This document shows positions 1 through 8,371 of a stretch of DNA of 64,000 nt, piece by piece. The notes beneath the pieces were generated by a model. It had not been told where the DNA came from, made no database searches, and saw only the letters and a list, made by a program, of their open reading frames with translations. Position 1 is the first letter of the stretch. Each line of letters begins with the position of its first letter. The DNA comes from Planctomycetota bacterium (GTDB lineage Bacteria; Planctomycetota; SZUA-567; H5-PLA8), in the NCBI GenBank assembly GCA_038227875.1, contig JBBRPR010000002.1, positions 32,001 to 96,000 on the forward strand. Direction: 5' to 3'. The position numbers were made by a program, and so were the translations under genes.

Positions 1-2
1 TC

Positions 3-464
3 TACGCGTACGCCGACACGATCGAAGAAAAGTGCGGCCAGGATTTCGCCAAGGTTTTCAAAGGCAGCCAGGCTGAAGCGCGGAAATTCCTGGAGGAGCA
101 TCTCAACCGCTCGCGCGCGTTCACCGATTTCCTGCTGATGGCCGGCGGCGGATTTCCCATCTTCGCCATCGACCTGCCCATCGCCCGCGTGGCCTCGCGC
201 CTGGGCTTCGGGAAGATGAAGAACGACAAGGAATTCGACAAGTCGTACAAGGAGATTCAGAAAGCGCTGGAGGCCGAAGCGCCGAAGGAAACGGACGAAC
301 TGATGCGGGCCAACGGACTGCTCCATAAACACGGCGTGGAAGTGTGCAAACCGGCGCCGGCGTGCGATGTCTGTCCGCTCTCGGACGACTGTCCGTACTT
401 CAAGAAGAATCCGCCGCCGCCGAAACCCGCGAAAACCGAGAACGAATACCACCGGCGGTTTTGA
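3..464 (+). CDS. Endonuclease III/HhH-GPD superfamily protein with C-terminal [4Fe-4S] motif (5'-truncated by the window edge)
   Basis: Frame is open from position 3. FAIDLPIARVASRLG resembles the FPVDTHVxRVxxRLG motif, and CKPAPACDVCPLSDDC is an FES cluster loop. Confidence 0.75.
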   Translation, partial: YAYADTIEEKCGQDFAKVFKGSQAEARKFLEEHLNRSRAFTDFLLMAGGGFPIFAIDLPIARVASRLGFGKMKNDKEFDKSYKEIQKALEAEAPKETDELMRANGLLHKHGVEVCKPAPACDVCPLSDDCPYFKKNPPPPKPAKTENEYHRRF

Positions 465-506
465 GAATGTCGAATGTCGAATGTCGAATGTCGAATGTCG
501 AATGTC
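465..506 (+). repeat. Heptamer tandem repeat (GAATGTC)x6
   Basis: Six perfect copies begin immediately after the TGA ending at 464. Confidence 0.95.
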
Positions 507-552
507 GAAAAATTGAAATCCGAAGAATGAAGTTGCTGCAAGAAACGAGCGA

Positions 553-1479
553 ATGAGCCGGATTCAAAACGTACCGCCACCTCCGCCGCCCGCGCCGCGC
601 GTGTGGACGTCGCTGGACCTGATCAACTGGACGAAGGACTTCTTCCAGAAGAAGGGCGTCGAGAGTCCGCGCCTGGAGGCGGAGATGCTGCTCTCCGCGG
701 TGCTGGGCTGTCCGCGCATTCGCCTGTACGTCGATTTCGAAAAGCCGGTGCCTGCCGAGAAGCTTGCGCAGTTCAAGGATTTCGTGAAGCGCCGCGCCGA
801 AACGCGCGAGCCGATTCAGTACATCATCGGCCACACCGATTTCATTGACCTGCGGCTGAAGGTGAACAAAGCCACGCTGATCCCGCGTCCGGAAACGGAA
901 GTGCTCGCGCTGTGGGCCGTGGAAAAGTCGAAAGCTGTCGAAGGCGATAGCGTGACGGTCGTGGATCTGTGTACGGGATCCGGATGCCTGGGCCTGTTCG
1001 TCGCTTCAAAAGATCCGCGCGCGAAAGTGACGGCGACGGATCTCTCCGCCGAAGCTCTGGCGCTCGCGAAAGAGAACGCGACGGCGCTGAAACTCGAAGA
1101 GCGCGTCACGTTCGCGCCAGGCGATTTGTTCGCTGCGCTGCCGCCGGAATTGAAAGGCACGATCGATGTGCTGGTGGCCAATCCGCCGTACATCGACCCG
1201 GCGGATCGGGAGTCGTTGCAGCCGGAAGTGCGCGATCACGAGCCGGCCCAAGCCCTGTTTGCGGCCGACAAAGGGCTGGAGTTGGTGAAGAAAATTATCA
1301 GCGGGGCGCCGGAGTGGCTGAAGCCTGGTGGGTGGGTGGGGATTGAGTTCGGGTTCGGACAGGATGTGCTCATACGTGAATTCGCGTCAACGATTAATAC
1401 GATGGAATCTGTCGGGATTGCCCCAGACGGCGCGAAAAAAAATCGCTTTGTTCATCTCAAACGTCTAGTCACCTCCTAG
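553..1479 (+). CDS. prmC: Release factor glutamine methyltransferase PrmC/HemK
   Basis: EPIQYIIG, LIPRPETE, SAM motif DLCTGSG, catalytic NPPY. Confidence 0.95.
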   Translation: MSRIQNVPPPPPPAPRVWTSLDLINWTKDFFQKKGVESPRLEAEMLLSAVLGCPRIRLYVDFEKPVPAEKLAQFKDFVKRRAETREPIQYIIGHTDFIDLRLKVNKATLIPRPETEVLALWAVEKSKAVEGDSVTVVDLCTGSGCLGLFVASKDPRAKVTATDLSAEALALAKENATALKLEERVTFAPGDLFAALPPELKGTIDVLVANPPYIDPADRESLQPEVRDHEPAQALFAADKGLELVKKIISGAPEWLKPGGWVGIEFGFGQDVLIREFASTINTMESVGIAPDGAKKNRFVHLKRLVTS

Positions 1480-1565
1480 TTCGCATTTATAATTCAGCCG
1501 GATCAAGTTTCGCTTTGTCTCCATAATAACGAAGCGAATTCCCATATACCTCACCGGAGGCTGAC

Positions 1566-2096
1566 GTGGATTCATCTCTCTTCATTCTGTTATTGGGCTT
1601 GGCTGTGGGCGGACTCAGCGGCATTCTGGGCATTGGCGGCGGCGTGTTTCTGATTCCCGGAATGATGTACTTCTTCCATTTCTCGCAACAGAAAGCGCAA
1701 GGCACGACGTTGGCGGCGATGGTGCCGCCGATCGGGCTGTTCGCCGCGCTGCAATACCACAGGCAGGGTTTTGTTGATATCACCGCGGCGGTCTGCATCG
1801 CTTGCGGCTTCACGCTCGGCGCGTTTCTCACGGCAGGGTTGATCAAATATATTCCGACGACGCTGCTGAGCCAGATTTTCGGCACGCTGATGCTGTTTCT
1901 GGGAATGAGAATGGTGGTGATGTCGGAACGCCAATCGGCTCTGGTGATCAGCGCCGGGATTGCGTGGGCGCTGGCGTGGGGAACGTTCTTCATCAGTCGG
2001 CACTGGGGTGCGCGTTTTGGTGTGCGGCCGCGTTATAGCGACGTACTGAAGGAGATCGCCATTGGATCGCCCGTCGGTGTCGACTATCAGATCTAA
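1566..2096 (+). CDS. Sulfite exporter TauE/SafE family membrane protein (short form)
   Basis: GLSGILGIGGG and AQGTTLA motifs; several hydrophobic helices. Confidence 0.85.
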   Translation: MDSSLFILLLGLAVGGLSGILGIGGGVFLIPGMMYFFHFSQQKAQGTTLAAMVPPIGLFAALQYHRQGFVDITAAVCIACGFTLGAFLTAGLIKYIPTTLLSQIFGTLMLFLGMRMVVMSERQSALVISAGIAWALAWGTFFISRHWGARFGVRPRYSDVLKEIAIGSPVGVDYQI

Positions 2097-2114
2097 TTCG
2101 TAACCTTACGAATT
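2095..2114. promoter_or_regulatory. Palindrome AATTCGTAA-CC-TTACGAATT upstream of the sialidase gene (candidate operator)
   Basis: Perfect 9-bp arms with a 2-nt spacer at the start of the intergenic region. Confidence 0.4.
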
Positions 2115-2205
2115 TACCGGAGTCCTTACCTAATCATCGTAGTCTCCCGCTTCTTTCAAAGGTATGTTTAGCGCACCGCTGAACGTACCCTTGAAAGGAG
2201 CGTCT

Positions 2206-3357
2206 GTGCTGACCCTCGATAAATCCCAACTGCTGACAAAAATGCCCCTCTTTGAGGCCGGCCAGGATGGCTACCGCGTCTGCCGGATCCCCGGGCTGCT
2301 GGTGACGCGCAACGGCGTGGCGCTGGCATCCGCGGAAGCTCGGCGTGGAAACGGCGGCGACTACGATGACATCGATCTCCTTCTGCGCCGCAGCACCGAC
2401 GGCGGTAAGACGTGGAGCAAGCCGCAGCTGCTCGCGTCGAATCAGCCGTATGGACCCGGCCCGATGCACAATCTTTCGCTGCTCTGCGATCGCGACGACG
2501 GCGTGGTTCACGCCGTGTATTGCCACGATTACGCGCGTGTCTTTCACGCTACGAGCTCCGACGACGGCGCCACATTTTCGGCGCCGGTTGAAATCACAGA
2601 TGTCGTCGCCGCATACCGCAAAATTTACCCATGGAGAACGGTTGGAACTGGGCCTGCGCATGGACTCCAGCTGCGAAGCGGGCGCTTCATCATCCCGACG
2701 TGGTTTTCAGACGGATCAGGAACCGAAATGGGGAGCGGCAAGCGCGGACATCGGCCGTCTACGGTGGGTGTGATCTACAGCGATGATCACGGCAGGACGT
2801 GGGCGTGTGGCGACATGGTCGCGTGGTCGGATCAGCGCTTCCGGAATCCGAGCGAGACAGTAGCGGTGGAACTCAGCGATGGCCGTGTCCTCTTCAACAT
2901 GCGCACGGAATGCGAGGAGCACCGGCGGCTCATCGCCATCAGTCCTAATGGCGCGACGCAATGGACAGACCCTCAATTTGATGCCGCGCTGCTCGACCCG
3001 GTATGCATGGGCAGTATCGTACGTCTGTCTGGGCTCGACGACGGCAAGAAGAGTCGCGTGCTTTTCGCCAATCCTTATACGCTCGAGCGCACGATGACCG
3101 CGGGTTGGTCGTCCGTGAACTGTGACCGGAAGAACCTTACAGTTCAGCTATCATACGATGACTGTAAGACGTGGGCGGTGAAGAAAGTGATCGAGGCTGG
3201 CCCGTCGGGCTACTCCGACCTGCAACTGCTGCCCGACGGAACGATCCTGTGTCTGTACGAATCCGGCGCGCCCGTGAACGCAATGTGCCAGGATCGGTAT
3301 CTGACCCTGGCACGCTTCAATCTCGAATGGATCACGGACGGCCGCGACTCGCTGTGA
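2206..3357 (+). CDS. Exo-alpha-sialidase (GH33, BNR/Asp-box)
   Basis: RIP motif, Asp boxes STDGGKTW, SDDGATF, SDDHGRTW and SYDDCKTW, C-terminal GYS and LYE. GTG start at 2206 follows an AAGGAG SD; the ORF is open from 2164. No signal peptide evident. Confidence 0.9.
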   Translation: MLTLDKSQLLTKMPLFEAGQDGYRVCRIPGLLVTRNGVALASAEARRGNGGDYDDIDLLLRRSTDGGKTWSKPQLLASNQPYGPGPMHNLSLLCDRDDGVVHAVYCHDYARVFHATSSDDGATFSAPVEITDVVAAYRKIYPWRTVGTGPAHGLQLRSGRFIIPTWFSDGSGTEMGSGKRGHRPSTVGVIYSDDHGRTWACGDMVAWSDQRFRNPSETVAVELSDGRVLFNMRTECEEHRRLIAISPNGATQWTDPQFDAALLDPVCMGSIVRLSGLDDGKKSRVLFANPYTLERTMTAGWSSVNCDRKNLTVQLSYDDCKTWAVKKVIEAGPSGYSDLQLLPDGTILCLYESGAPVNAMCQDRYLTLARFNLEWITDGRDSL

Positions 3358-3376
3358 CAGCGTGTGCAATGCGGTG

Positions 3377-3877
3377 TTACATTGTTTTTGCGTGCGCCAC
3401 GAGCTGATCGAGCGCCTTGCCCCAGCCATCGCTGAAACCCATGTTGCGATGCTTCTCGCAATCGCTTTCATTGCGGTGAATGCAGATGGCCGTGTACTTG
3501 GTTCCCTTGCCCTGCGCCTCCAGAAGAATCGTCGCGGTGAAGAGTAGATTGTCCGCGCCGTTCACGGCCTCTTGCGCGGGCCGGAAACCCGGGAGCAACG
3601 CGGATGTCCAGACCAACCTCTCGTTGGGAATGACTTCGAGGAAGCAGCCCATGTTGGGAAATTCCTGACCTTCCGGCGAACGCATGGTGGTGCGGAAGAT
3701 GCCGCCGGGCCGCAGCTCGACCTCGCAATCGATGGTGGTCCACGGCGCGGGCGTGAAACATTTCTTGATGTGTTCCGGCACGGTCCATGCTTTCCAGACC
3801 AGATTGGGCGGCACGTCGACAACGCGTTCCAGCATCAAGTCCAGCTTGGGGTCGAGCTTCTGCGTCTTTGCGCTCAC
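3377..3877 (-). CDS. SRPBCC/AHSA1 (START-like) domain protein
   Basis: VWKAWTx[24 protein letters not shown]; 4-bp overlap with the upstream ArsR gene. Confidence 0.9.
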   Translation of the reverse strand: MSAKTQKLDPKLDLMLERVVDVPPNLVWKAWTVPEHIKKCFTPAPWTTIDCEVELRPGGIFRTTMRSPEGQEFPNMGCFLEVIPNERLVWTSALLPGFRPAQEAVNGADNLLFTATILLEAQGKGTKYTAICIHRNESDCEKHRNMGFSDGWGKALDQLVAHAKTM

Positions 3878-4212
3878 GAATTACTCTCCTTCATTTTCAA
3901 GAGGTACGAGTCTAATTGATCGAGCCGGCGCTCCCAGGTGGTGCGCTGCTTGACCATCCAATGTTCCGCGGCTTTCAAGCGGGGCGCGGCGAGCTGAAAT
4001 GTGCGCACGCGCCCCTTTTTCTTCGACCGCACCAGCCCGCAGTCTTCGAGCACATCCAAGTGTTGTGAAAACGACGGCAGGGCCATGTCGAAAGGCCGGG
4101 CCAGCTCCGTCATCGCCGCCGGCCCGCCGCTCAACCGTTCCACGACCGCGCGCCGCGTCGGGTCTGCCAACGCGCGGAAAACGAGATCGAGCTGTGCGGA
4201 ATGGTTAGGCAT
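3874..4212 (-). CDS. ArsR/SmtB family transcriptional regulator
   Basis: [10 protein letters not shown]...[13 protein letters not shown]...GRVR; the common ArsR-SRPBCC gene pair. Confidence 0.92.
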   Translation of the reverse strand: MPNHSAQLDLVFRALADPTRRAVVERLSGGPAAMTELARPFDMALPSFSQHLDVLEDCGLVRSKKKGRVRTFQLAAPRLKAAEHWMVKQRTTWERRLDQLDSYLLKMKESNS

Positions 4213-4384
4213 GTGCCGAACTATAGTGGAATAGAAACTTAGGTCAATGCCTTTGTAATAAAAAATTGATCCGCAATGAAATTGAAATGAAATATATGCG
4301 CCGCGAGTAAGAGGTCTTCACTTCCTGAAGGGCCACCGTAGAATTGCAGGCTTGGTGCGGACAACTCATGCTAGGAGCCCTCCC

Positions 4385-4828
4385 GTGTGCAAAACAATCA
4401 AGCAGAAGGTGAAGTTCAAGGCCTCTTCGAAAGCCGTCTACCAGCTTCTGGCCGACTCGAAGTTGCACAGCACTTTTTCCGGCGAGAAGGCCAACATCAG
4501 CAAGAAAGTGGGCGGGGCGTTTTCGGCGTACTCCGGTTACATCACGGGCATCAACGTCGATCTTGACCCCGGCAAGAGAATCGTCCAGGCCTGGCGGGCA
4601 AAAGATTTCCCGACCGGAATTTTTTCGATGGCCACCTTCAATCTGGCCGAGACGCGTGACGGCGGAACCGAATTAGTCCTGACGCACCGCGGCGTGCCCA
4701 AGGCCCTGATCCCAAGCATTGAAAAGGGCTGGCGGGAATTTTATTGGGAGAGGATGAAGCAGTATCTAGCGCGAGGTTTAAGGCGGGAAAAATGTACGGC
4801 GAACAACATTGCTCGCCGCACGGATTAG
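4385..4828 (+). CDS. SRPBCC/AHSA1 domain protein
   Basis: GGAFSAYSGYITG, PGKRIVQAWR, GWREFYW. GTG start at 4385 after AGGAG; the ORF is open from 4352. Confidence 0.85.
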   Translation: MCKTIKQKVKFKASSKAVYQLLADSKLHSTFSGEKANISKKVGGAFSAYSGYITGINVDLDPGKRIVQAWRAKDFPTGIFSMATFNLAETRDGGTELVLTHRGVPKALIPSIEKGWREFYWERMKQYLARGLRREKCTANNIARRTD

Positions 4829-4847
4829 GATTCCTGATTCAGGGTGT

Positions 4848-5480
4848 TCATTTCACCGCTTTCCAAAGCACGCTAGAGGCAGTTTGTCCGCACTCGACCA
4901 GCAGTGCGCATTGCCGGAACCGGCAGTCTGCGCCAGTCGTGTTCGGTGCAGAATAGGATTTGATCGTCCGTTCAATCAACGCGGGCAGACTCATCGTCAC
5001 AATGGGCTTCTCCAGAATCCATTGAACATTGAAGGGGATCAACTTTCGCCGCAAGGTTTCGGTGACGCTTCGATTGGTCATTAAAATTACCGGCACTTTT
5101 CGTGTATCGGGATTGTTCCGCAGTCCGCGCAACAACGCATCTCCGTCCAGACCTTCTGCATCCCAATCCAACAGAATCAAGTGGGGCACATCAATCAACA
5201 CCGTATTGCTGACGCTTGCCGCCGCCGGCACGTGCACATTCATGCCATGCTTCAGCAGAATCATTCGCACCAAATCCGTGTGAATGGAATCACCGGCGAT
5301 AAAAAGGATGTTGGGTGCGTCCGCCTTGGCTGGGTCGGCCGCAGGGTCTGTTTCAAATTGGGCCAGAGCGGTTTTGGTCTTGATTGTAACCCGACTACGG
5401 CTGGCTCGAGACGCGTATGGAACTGGCCCGGACTGGCTGGTCGGGTTCAATTTCTCCAAGGGTACAGTTGTGGGATGCAT
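4848..5480 (-). CDS. Atypical response regulator receiver-domain protein
   Basis: PHLILLD, DG, PVILMT and EKP receiver motifs; the acidic pocket is degenerate (AGD). Confidence 0.7.
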   Translation of the reverse strand: MHPTTVPLEKLNPTSQSGPVPYASRASRSRVTIKTKTALAQFETDPAADPAKADAPNILFIAGDSIHTDLVRMILLKHGMNVHVPAAASVSNTVLIDVPHLILLDWDAEGLDGDALLRGLRNNPDTRKVPVILMTNRSVTETLRRKLIPFNVQWILEKPIVTMSLPALIERTIKSYSAPNTTGADCRFRQCALLVECGQTASSVLWKAVK

Positions 5481-5865
5481 GAAATATCCTTTTCAAAGGG
5501 GCTCGCAGGGATGTAACACGGGTTGGTAAGGCGAATCCCGAACCATTCGTATTTAAATTCGCAATATTCAGACGTAGTAAGGATAAGGGGTTATGGGTTT
5601 CGAAATCACAGGCCAGTTCGGCGGGTCCAAAGTGGAGAACAGACTGTCCAGAAGTCTGGACGCCGGCTGAATCCGATTTCAGGAGTCATCGCCTGTTCGA
5701 TTCTTTCGTTGGATTTCTTTCACCAAGCCGATCTTTTATAGAAAGCTTCGTCTGGTGCGGCGGAGAAGGGCTACGCGCGAGCACTTCGCAAGTGAGCGAG
5801 TTAGCGGATGCTGAGATCCTTGAAGTTAGTGTAGTAAATCGTGCGATTCATAGGAGCAGCGTACA

Positions 5866-5939
5866 TATCCCTGGCGGGATTCGAACCCACGACCTCCGGT
5901 TTAGGAAACCAGCGCTCTATCCATCTGAGCTACAGGGAC
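5866..5939 (-). tRNA. tRNA-Arg, anticodon CCT
   Basis: Reverse complement GTCCCTGTAGCTCAGATGGATAGAGCGCTGGTTTCCTAAACCGGAGGTCGTGGGTTCGAATCCCGCCAGGGATA folds as a cloverleaf with T-loop GTTCGAATC; CCA is not encoded. Confidence 0.96.
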
Positions 5940-6039
5940 GCATATGTTGCGAACCGAAATGATATCGCCTCCGCCGCCCGGCGCAACGGCGGCAACGGCG
6001 GCTACGGTGGCTTGAAGGCGTGAAATGCCGTGGTTGATT

Positions 6040-6876
6040 TCAGCTCCGGTGATAGAGCTTCGGGCGGCGGCGTTTCCAGAGGTCGATGCGCAGATCGATT
6101 TTCGGGCCGCGGCCGTGCCACATCGGCGATCCGCGCGGCGCTTCGAGATCGATTTCGGCACTCAGCACGTTCGTGCCGTGAACGGTTTTGCTCAAGATTG
6201 CGCCCGCGTTGTCGATGATCGCGGCGCCGCAGCCGTTGTACTTTTCGCGCGGTTCGGCGGAGTAGCTGGAGAAGACCACGGGCATGTAATTCTCGGCGGC
6301 GCGCGCTCGCGCCAGTGTGAAAAATTGGTCGGAATTTCCAGCAGTCGGCACGACCAGGAATTTCGCGCCGCGCGCGTGATGCGTGCGCGCGATCTCGGGG
6401 AAGAGCACCTCGTAGCAGGTGAGGATCCCCGCCGGACCCAGCACGGTCGGAAGCGGTTTAATTGCTTTTCCCGCGGCGATCTTTCCTTCCGGTTTTTCGT
6501 CAGGCGCCAGATGCGTCTTCGCGTACGAGCCCAGGATGCGGCCGCGCGTGTCGACGGAGATCGTGACATTCAGCAGCGTGCGGCCGACCCACGCGCACTG
6601 CCCGACGATCACGCCGATGCGGTGCTCAGCGGCCGCGGCTTGCACCATTTCGATGAATGGCCCCTTCCCGAATTTCACCGCCAGGCGCCGGTGCGGACGG
6701 TCGGGAAGATCGACGGCCTCGTGAGTGCGCTGCACGTCGACGTATTCCGGAAAGCAGATCAATTTGGCGCCGCGCTTGGCGGCCTGTGCGATCAAGCGCC
6801 AGACAGTTTTCCGGCGGGCTTCCAGCGTGACCAGCTTCATCGAAATGGGCGCGGCGGCGATGACGGCTTTGCGCAT
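6040..6876 (-). CDS. Carbon-nitrogen hydrolase (nitrilase superfamily) protein
   Basis: Glu-Lys-Cys triad motifs FPEY, YAKTHL and LTCYE. Confidence 0.9.
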   Translation of the reverse strand: MRKAVIAAAPISMKLVTLEARRKTVWRLIAQAAKRGAKLICFPEYVDVQRTHEAVDLPDRPHRRLAVKFGKGPFIEMVQAAAAEHRIGVIVGQCAWVGRTLLNVTISVDTRGRILGSYAKTHLAPDEKPEGKIAAGKAIKPLPTVLGPAGILTCYEVLFPEIARTHHARGAKFLVVPTAGNSDQFFTLARARAAENYMPVVFSSYSAEPREKYNGCGAAIIDNAGAILSKTVHGTNVLSAEIDLEAPRGSPMWHGRGPKIDLRIDLWKRRRPKLYHRS

Positions 6877-6897
6877 CAATTTTCTCTCGCGAGTAAA

Positions 6898-7020
6898 CTA
6901 CTGCCCGAGCTTCAGCAGCTCCTGAATCATCCTCGCGACGTCGCGCCGGATGCGTTCAAAGTCGGCTTGGGTATACTCGCTATTTTACTTTTCGAGATCG
7001 ATTTTCGGCATCACGTCCAA
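6898..7020 (-). pseudogene. Possible gene remnant (C-terminal fragment with an internal stop)
   Basis: Minus frame reads LDVMPKIDLEK*NSEYTQADFERIRRDVARMIQELLKLGQ* with coding-like codon usage, ending just upstream of the nitrilase start. Confidence 0.3.
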
Positions 7021-7196
7021 AATGCATTTCGGACGGCCGCGGCTTTCGCTTTCGCGCCCTATTCGGCTTTTCGATCACTTTAACGTCATCAAGCGATTCG
7101 AAATCGGCGAGGACGTTCGCGTGGCAGACATATTGGAGGACTTGAAAATGTTTCAATTTGTCCGGAAAGATGCTGCCACCCGTTCCGCTGCGGTGT

Positions 7197-7223
7197 AAAG
7201 TGAATCGATGCTCGATTCACTTT
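7197..7223. promoter_or_regulatory. Palindrome AAAGTGAATCGA-TGC-TCGATTCACTTT (candidate operator)
   Basis: Perfect 12-bp arms, 14 bp upstream of the GntR/LacI regulator start. Confidence 0.55.
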
Positions 7224-7237
7224 GAAGGCCTCCTGCA

Positions 7238-8353
7238 ATGAAGAAAACGTCCCCAGAAATCGCCAATTCAGTTCCTAAATATAGTCAATTAAAAGACTTA
7301 ATCGTAGATCGCATCCGCAACGGCAAGCTCGCGCCGGGGGCCGACATACCCACTCAGCGTGAACTGATGGCGCAGTTTAACCTGAGCTACTCCACCGTCA
7401 GCCGGGCGCTTCAGGACCTCGCCCGCGACGGGTACATCACCCGCGTTATGGGCTCCGGCAGCGTCGTCGCGCAAACCGCTGCGGCCAAACTGCGCGGGCC
7501 CATGCGCGTCCATATTATTGGCGGCATCCCCGAAGCGCAGCGCAAAGGTTTGCTGATTTTCCAGGAGCTGCTCGAAGCCGGCCGCGAACTCGGCCTGACT
7601 TTTGCGCCGCATGAAGACGAGACTCAGGCGGAGCGCGCCGCCTGCATCGACACCGTGCTCAACGCCGCGAAGTCCGTCGCGCCGGAAGCGTTTATCTTTC
7701 CATACTTCGCCGGCAACCGCGATCACATCGACCGGCTGAAAAAACTCGGCGTGCCGTATGTCGTGATGGATGTGCCGCACAAAATGGATGGCTACAATAT
7801 CGTGCTGCGCGACCACCGTGCCGGAGCTCGCGTGATGATCGAACGACTTCTCGCCGCCGGTCACAAGCCGGAAAATATCGGGCTGCTATTGGGCACCACC
7901 GATCTTAGCGATCCGGATCCCTTTCAATGGGATCAGGCCAAGTCCGATGGCGTCGTGGATGCCTTGGGCCCATGCGATCCGAGCCGGACAGTCTGGCGCG
8001 TGGAACCCACGGCTGAAGGTGGCGACCGCGCGACGCGCCAGCTGCTGGAACGCCTGCCGAAGCTCACCGCGCTCTTCTGCGACAACGCCGACAAAGCGCA
8101 GGGCGCGTGCCGGGCGCTGTCAGCGGCCGGACGCCGCATACCGCAGGACGTTTCGGTGGCGTGCGTGAATACGCCGCGCGCGGGAACTTCCGTCGCGCTG
8201 GCTCACACCTGGGCGCCGGCGGAAGGCGTCGGACGTGCGGCGGCGGAAGTACTCTTTGCGCTGCTCACCGGAAAATCGACCGCGCCATACGTTCGTGAAC
8301 TTGAGATGAGCTTTGACGACGGCGCGTCGATCGCGCCTCCGACGAAACAATGA
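7238..8353 (+). CDS. GntR-HTH / LacI-type sugar-binding domain regulator (AraR-like architecture)
   Basis: N-terminal PTQRELMAQFNLSYSTVSRAL...GSG wHTH; C-terminal TALFCDN and RIPQDVSV. Confidence 0.9.
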   Translation: MKKTSPEIANSVPKYSQLKDLIVDRIRNGKLAPGADIPTQRELMAQFNLSYSTVSRALQDLARDGYITRVMGSGSVVAQTAAAKLRGPMRVHIIGGIPEAQRKGLLIFQELLEAGRELGLTFAPHEDETQAERAACIDTVLNAAKSVAPEAFIFPYFAGNRDHIDRLKKLGVPYVVMDVPHKMDGYNIVLRDHRAGARVMIERLLAAGHKPENIGLLLGTTDLSDPDPFQWDQAKSDGVVDALGPCDPSRTVWRVEPTAEGGDRATRQLLERLPKLTALFCDNADKAQGACRALSAAGRRIPQDVSVACVNTPRAGTSVALAHTWAPAEGVGRAAAEVLFALLTGKSTAPYVRELEMSFDDGASIAPPTKQ

Positions 8354-8371
8354 AATAGAAGGGGCAAACCG

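Noticed and set aside
257..834. ORFs containing STFDIRH or MSNVECR repeats
   Set aside because: These are translations of the GAATGTC tandem repeat overlapping real genes.
5780..5870. Integrative element att site at tRNA-Arg
   Set aside because: No integrase and no duplicated tRNA 3' end seen in the window.
6025..7083. Long antisense ORFs (also 17722-19329, 25481-26890, 36368-37939, 40593-42059, 49139-50467, 55366-56709)
   Set aside because: Shadow frames opposite well-supported genes, as expected in GC-rich DNA; no recognisable motifs.
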